Shown piece after piece: positions 56,001-58,772 of a stretch of DNA of 58,772 nucleotides. The DNA is from Candidatus Woesearchaeota archaeon (GTDB taxonomy: Archaea > Nanobdellota > Nanobdellia > Pacearchaeales > GW2011-AR1). Position numbers and translations under genes: made by a program. The notes beneath the pieces are model-generated. The model worked only from the letters and a program-made list of their open reading frames with translations, had not been told where the DNA came from and did not search any database. The stretch spans positions 1 to 58,772 of the forward strand of contig CAZBOY010000001.1 in NCBI GenBank assembly GCA_964493655.1, in the 5' to 3' direction. The first letter of the stretch is position 1, and the number at the start of each line of letters is the position of its first letter.

Positions 56001-56752
56001 ATTAATTCTGCGAATTTATTTTTTAATTTATTAAAAACTAATATTCCAATGACTATGGAAAGTAAGCTATAGATAACCATTGTTGCAATCATCCAGAATG
56101 GCGAGATTTTGGAATATAGGGTAAGGTCTCTTGCAATTGTAATAAAATAATAAATGGGATTAAATAGATTAATATAAAAAAGTTTTGTCTGTCCTTGAAT
56201 TGCATAAAAAATTGGAGTGCCCAACCAGATTAATGTTAAGGCAAATGTCCATATATTCCCCATGTCAACAATATATGTAGTCATTGCAGAGAGGATTAGA
56301 GAGATTCCCAATACGAAGATATAAAAGAAAACTAGTAAGGGAAGATATAAAAGAACTCCAACTAAAGAAACTTTGAAAATAATTAGGAATATTCCGAATA
56401 AAATTATTTCAAATAAATGAGAAAAAAGGGTTTTGAGAACAATTGAAAAAACAAGTGCAGATTTTGGGAAGTTAATGGATTTGATTAACCCATTGTCACG
56501 TAAAATGCTCCCAGTAGATTCCAATGTTGCTTTCTGAAAAAAATTAAACATAATTATTCCAAGAAGAAGATATAGGGGATATTGGGAGATATTATTCCCT
56601 AACCTGTCTGAAAAAATCAAAAGAAGAAGCGAAAACATCAAAAGAGGATTAAGTAAATACCAAAAAATTCCAAGATAACTTCCTTCATTTCTAAGTTTAA
56701 AATTAGCTTTTGCAAGTGAATAACTTAGATTTAAGGTTTGTTTAATTCCCAT
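55997..56752 (-). CDS. ABC-2 type exporter permease (Wzm/TagG-like)
   Basis: Six TM helices. ATGA overlap with the ATPase gene. Confidence 0.8.
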   Translation of the reverse strand: MGIKQTLNLSYSLAKANFKLRNEGSYLGIFWYLLNPLLMFSLLLLIFSDRLGNNISQYPLYLLLGIIMFNFFQKATLESTGSILRDNGLIKSINFPKSALVFSIVLKTLFSHLFEIILFGIFLIIFKVSLVGVLLYLPLLVFFYIFVLGISLILSAMTTYIVDMGNIWTFALTLIWLGTPIFYAIQGQTKLFYINLFNPIYYFITIARDLTLYSKISPFWMIATMVIYSLLSIVIGILVFNKLKNKFAELI

Positions 56753-56849
56753 AATTAGATGTAAATTAAGGATTATTTATATGTTTTTGTAGGGGATTAT
56801 TAATTATCTCGTTAATATCTCAAAACTCGCCCATCTCTCGCTCCGGCAA

Positions 56850-58034
56850 TCATCTTGTCAGTATTTCTATGCCGTCGCGATGTTTTAGTGGATGATCTTT
56901 GCCAACTGCTTGTTTTGTTCTTATATCAACTGCTTTAACAAAACCCTCGCCAATATCTGTATGAAGATGATATGCAAAGTCTAGTGCAGTTGTTCCTGGT
57001 GGGAGTAAAAAACAATCTGGTAAAATTCTTCCTTTTGAATCTGTAAGTTTAGCGCCTGCTGGAAAAATCGCAATGTATTTTAACAAATCAAAAACCGCGA
57101 TATTTAAAACTTGCTGGATGCCGGTGTTTTTATATTTCTCCATAACATTTTTCTTTATTGTTTCAAGAGCTATTTTTTGTTTTTCATTTAATTTATCCTC
57201 GTGTATCTTAAAGTTTTCATCTCCAGGTATGTAGTCAATCATTCCAGATTTTGAAGCTTCTCTTAATGCAAGTTCTGAATCTGCTGAACATGGGATGATT
57301 AGTAAATCTGGATAGGCTTTTTTTATTTTGTCAATATTCTCTTTTGCTGAAGATTTGTCAATTTTATTTGCGGCGATTATCATTGGTTTTGTTAAATGGC
57401 GAAGAGCATTTGAAAATTTTGTAAGTTGTTCGTCTCCCCACTCTGCGGGTTTTTCTTGATTGTAACCTAATTTCAAAACAGCTTCTTTTACATCTTCTTC
57501 TTTTACTTTTAATCCTGAAAATTGTTTTGCAACTGCTTCTGCAAAATTGTTTTTTTGAACTTGTATTGTTCGTGCAAAAGTTTTCCAAACTTTTTTAAGA
57601 ATTCCGAGATACCATAAATCAAGTTCGTTTTCAAGCATTTCAATATCTTGTATTGGATTATAGTTTTCAGTTTCTTTTCCTTCTTCATCTGTTGTTCCTG
57701 AGACATCTACAATATGAACAAAAACATCTGCTTGTCTTAAATCGTCGAGAAATTGGTTTCCGAGTCCTCTGCCTTCTGATGCACCCCTCACAAGACCGGC
57801 TACATCCATTAGTTCAACTGGAACAAATCTTTGGTGATTGATACAATAACCAGTTCTTGGCTGGCATTGGGTATTTAGCTCTTTATCAATGCAATCAATT
57901 CTTACATAACCTATTCCGCGATTGGGCTTGATTGTTGTAAACGGAATCGGAGAGATAGGAATATTTGCCAGAGTCGCAGCTTTGAAAAATGTGCTCTTTC
58001 CACATGATGGTTTTCCGACAAGCCCGATTAGCAT
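56850..58034 (-). CDS. Obg-like GTPase/ATPase of the YchF/OLA1-related archaeal type with a C-terminal TGS-like domain
   Basis: G1 GKPSCGKST, G3 DVAGL, G4 NKID. Confidence 0.8.
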   Translation of the reverse strand: MLIGLVGKPSCGKSTFFKAATLANIPISPIPFTTIKPNRGIGYVRIDCIDKELNTQCQPRTGYCINHQRFVPVELMDVAGLVRGASEGRGLGNQFLDDLRQADVFVHIVDVSGTTDEEGKETENYNPIQDIEMLENELDLWYLGILKKVWKTFARTIQVQKNNFAEAVAKQFSGLKVKEEDVKEAVLKLGYNQEKPAEWGDEQLTKFSNALRHLTKPMIIAANKIDKSSAKENIDKIKKAYPDLLIIPCSADSELALREASKSGMIDYIPGDENFKIHEDKLNEKQKIALETIKKNVMEKYKNTGIQQVLNIAVFDLLKYIAIFPAGAKLTDSKGRILPDCFLLPPGTTALDFAYHLHTDIGEGFVKAVDIRTKQAVGKDHPLKHRDGIEILTR

Positions 58035-58772
58035 GATTTTGATAGGAAAGTTGGTTTTTTAATATTAACTAAAATGTGATTTAGAAAATTCCTAAAAATG
58101 ACATCCTCCGCACCCTAAAGGTTTGCCTTTGGGGCAAATCGCCTTCGGCGAGTGCGGTTTCCTAATACGCATGATGTTCTTCTTGGTTTTCAATATATCT
58201 TCTGACAACTTCTTCTTGCACAAAACCAACTGAAGATGCAAATTTTCCTCGACTCCATAAATGTCCTTTAGGATATCTCAACCTTGCTTTTGGATTTTTC
58301 TCAAAGAAAAGTTTTGCAGATAATCCTTTCAAGATTTGCAAAACTTTCGAAGCAGAAATATTCAAAGATACTTGAACTTCACAATGAACATGTTCAGGCA
58401 TTACTGACAAAACAATAATTTTTATGTTATGCAGCGACGCGGCTCTTCTGATACAAGCAGCACAAAGATTTTTCTGCTCTTCTTTTCTAAACATTCTGTA
58501 AGCGTATTTTGGTTTCCATTCAAGATGAAGCATCATCACTCCAACTGAATGAGCAAAATGTTGGTATTCATTTATTAAATTTTGTGTTTCCATTTTTCTC
58601 CATAGCATTCGCTGTTTTCAGTGAATGCAAAAGTTTATTTAGTTTGAGAAAGTCACAACTACATCGTGTGTTCAATGGGTTGCAACAAACCCATTGTTCC
58701 TAAAATTTATAGAAATAAATACTTTGTTAGGAGAACCCCATCCTAAAAGGATGGAGATTTCTTCTTAGTTAA
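58035..58772 (-). mobile_element. IS200/IS605-family element (tnpA only), boundaries undefined and cut by the window end
   Basis: tnpA flanked by stem-loops: compound hairpin 58108-58157 downstream; 58673-58696 (CAATGGGTT/AACCCATTG) and 58730-58764 upstream. Confidence 0.6.
58162..58608 (-). CDS. tnpA: IS200/IS605-family Y1 (HUH) transposase TnpA
   Basis: LHLEWKPKYAYRMF, HUH motif PEHVHCEV, C-terminal catalytic-Tyr region VVRRYIENQEEH. Confidence 0.9.
   Translation of the reverse strand: MLWRKMETQNLINEYQHFAHSVGVMMLHLEWKPKYAYRMFRKEEQKNLCAACIRRAASLHNIKIIVLSVMPEHVHCEVQVSLNISASKVLQILKGLSAKLFFEKNPKARLRYPKGHLWSRGKFASSVGFVQEEVVRRYIENQEEHHAY

Noticed and set aside
993-58703. Short ORF-track entries lying antisense to, or nested in, long well-supported genes. 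These are 993..1232, 1546..1728, 5663..5866, 6235..6432, 8660..8890, 17600..17785, 17958..18194, 19082..19381, 19299..19484, 22084..22350, 24058..24246, 28607..28843, 33780..34007, 34191..34412, 34268..34477, 34661..34912, 39063..39410, 39067..39402, 39359..39634, 40050..40241, 40492..40701, 43689..43871, 45445..45633, 45732..45959, 46575..46778, 49428..49622, 52620..52802, 57364..57588, 57509..57706, 57653..57841 and 58509..58703.
   Set aside because: They are shadow frames of genes with clear motifs, have low-complexity or hydrophobic junk-like translations, and lack independent start signals.

Overview
This is an AT-rich archaeal window. The informational genes are of archaeal type: aIF2-gamma, aIF5B, eS6, the L7Ae-eS28-eL24 operon and Kae1, plus gyrB/gyrA. 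Together with lamin-tail-domain proteins, a secreted nuclease, giant Cys-rich surface proteins and many lineage-specific small ORFs, this suggests a small-genome DPANN-like episymbiont; that placement is an inference, not tested.

Layout:
- 0.1-0.7 kb: a toxin-like remnant and a zinc-ribbon ORF.
- 0.9-16.7 kb: a surface/secreted-protein island containing two paralogous three-gene modules, a 1165-aa Cys-rich protein, an inserted MNT-HEPN pair and a secreted SNase-LTD nuclease.
- 17-31 kb: mixed housekeeping genes (U32 peptidase, tRNA-Asp, a circularly permuted GTPase, aIF5B), a BNR-repeat surface protein and a thioredoxin-like/CcdA pair.
- 31-48 kb: translation and replication genes interleaved with orphan ORFs.
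- 49-57 kb: a glycosyltransferase cluster with a Wzm/Wzt-type ABC exporter.
- 58 kb to the window end: an IS200/IS605-type tnpA.

The most unusual signal is non-coding. Eight copies of a ~100-bp nested-palindrome hairpin element lie in intergenic DNA just downstream of stop codons. Their stems carry compensatory changes, and their inner layers occur in both orientations relative to conserved asymmetric flanks. Other signals are a second rearranged repeat family, a cluster of GC-rich stem-loops, a promoter-proximal motif shared by four surface-protein genes, and several disrupted genes.

All functional calls come from motif recognition by eye. No database search, folding or statistics were run.
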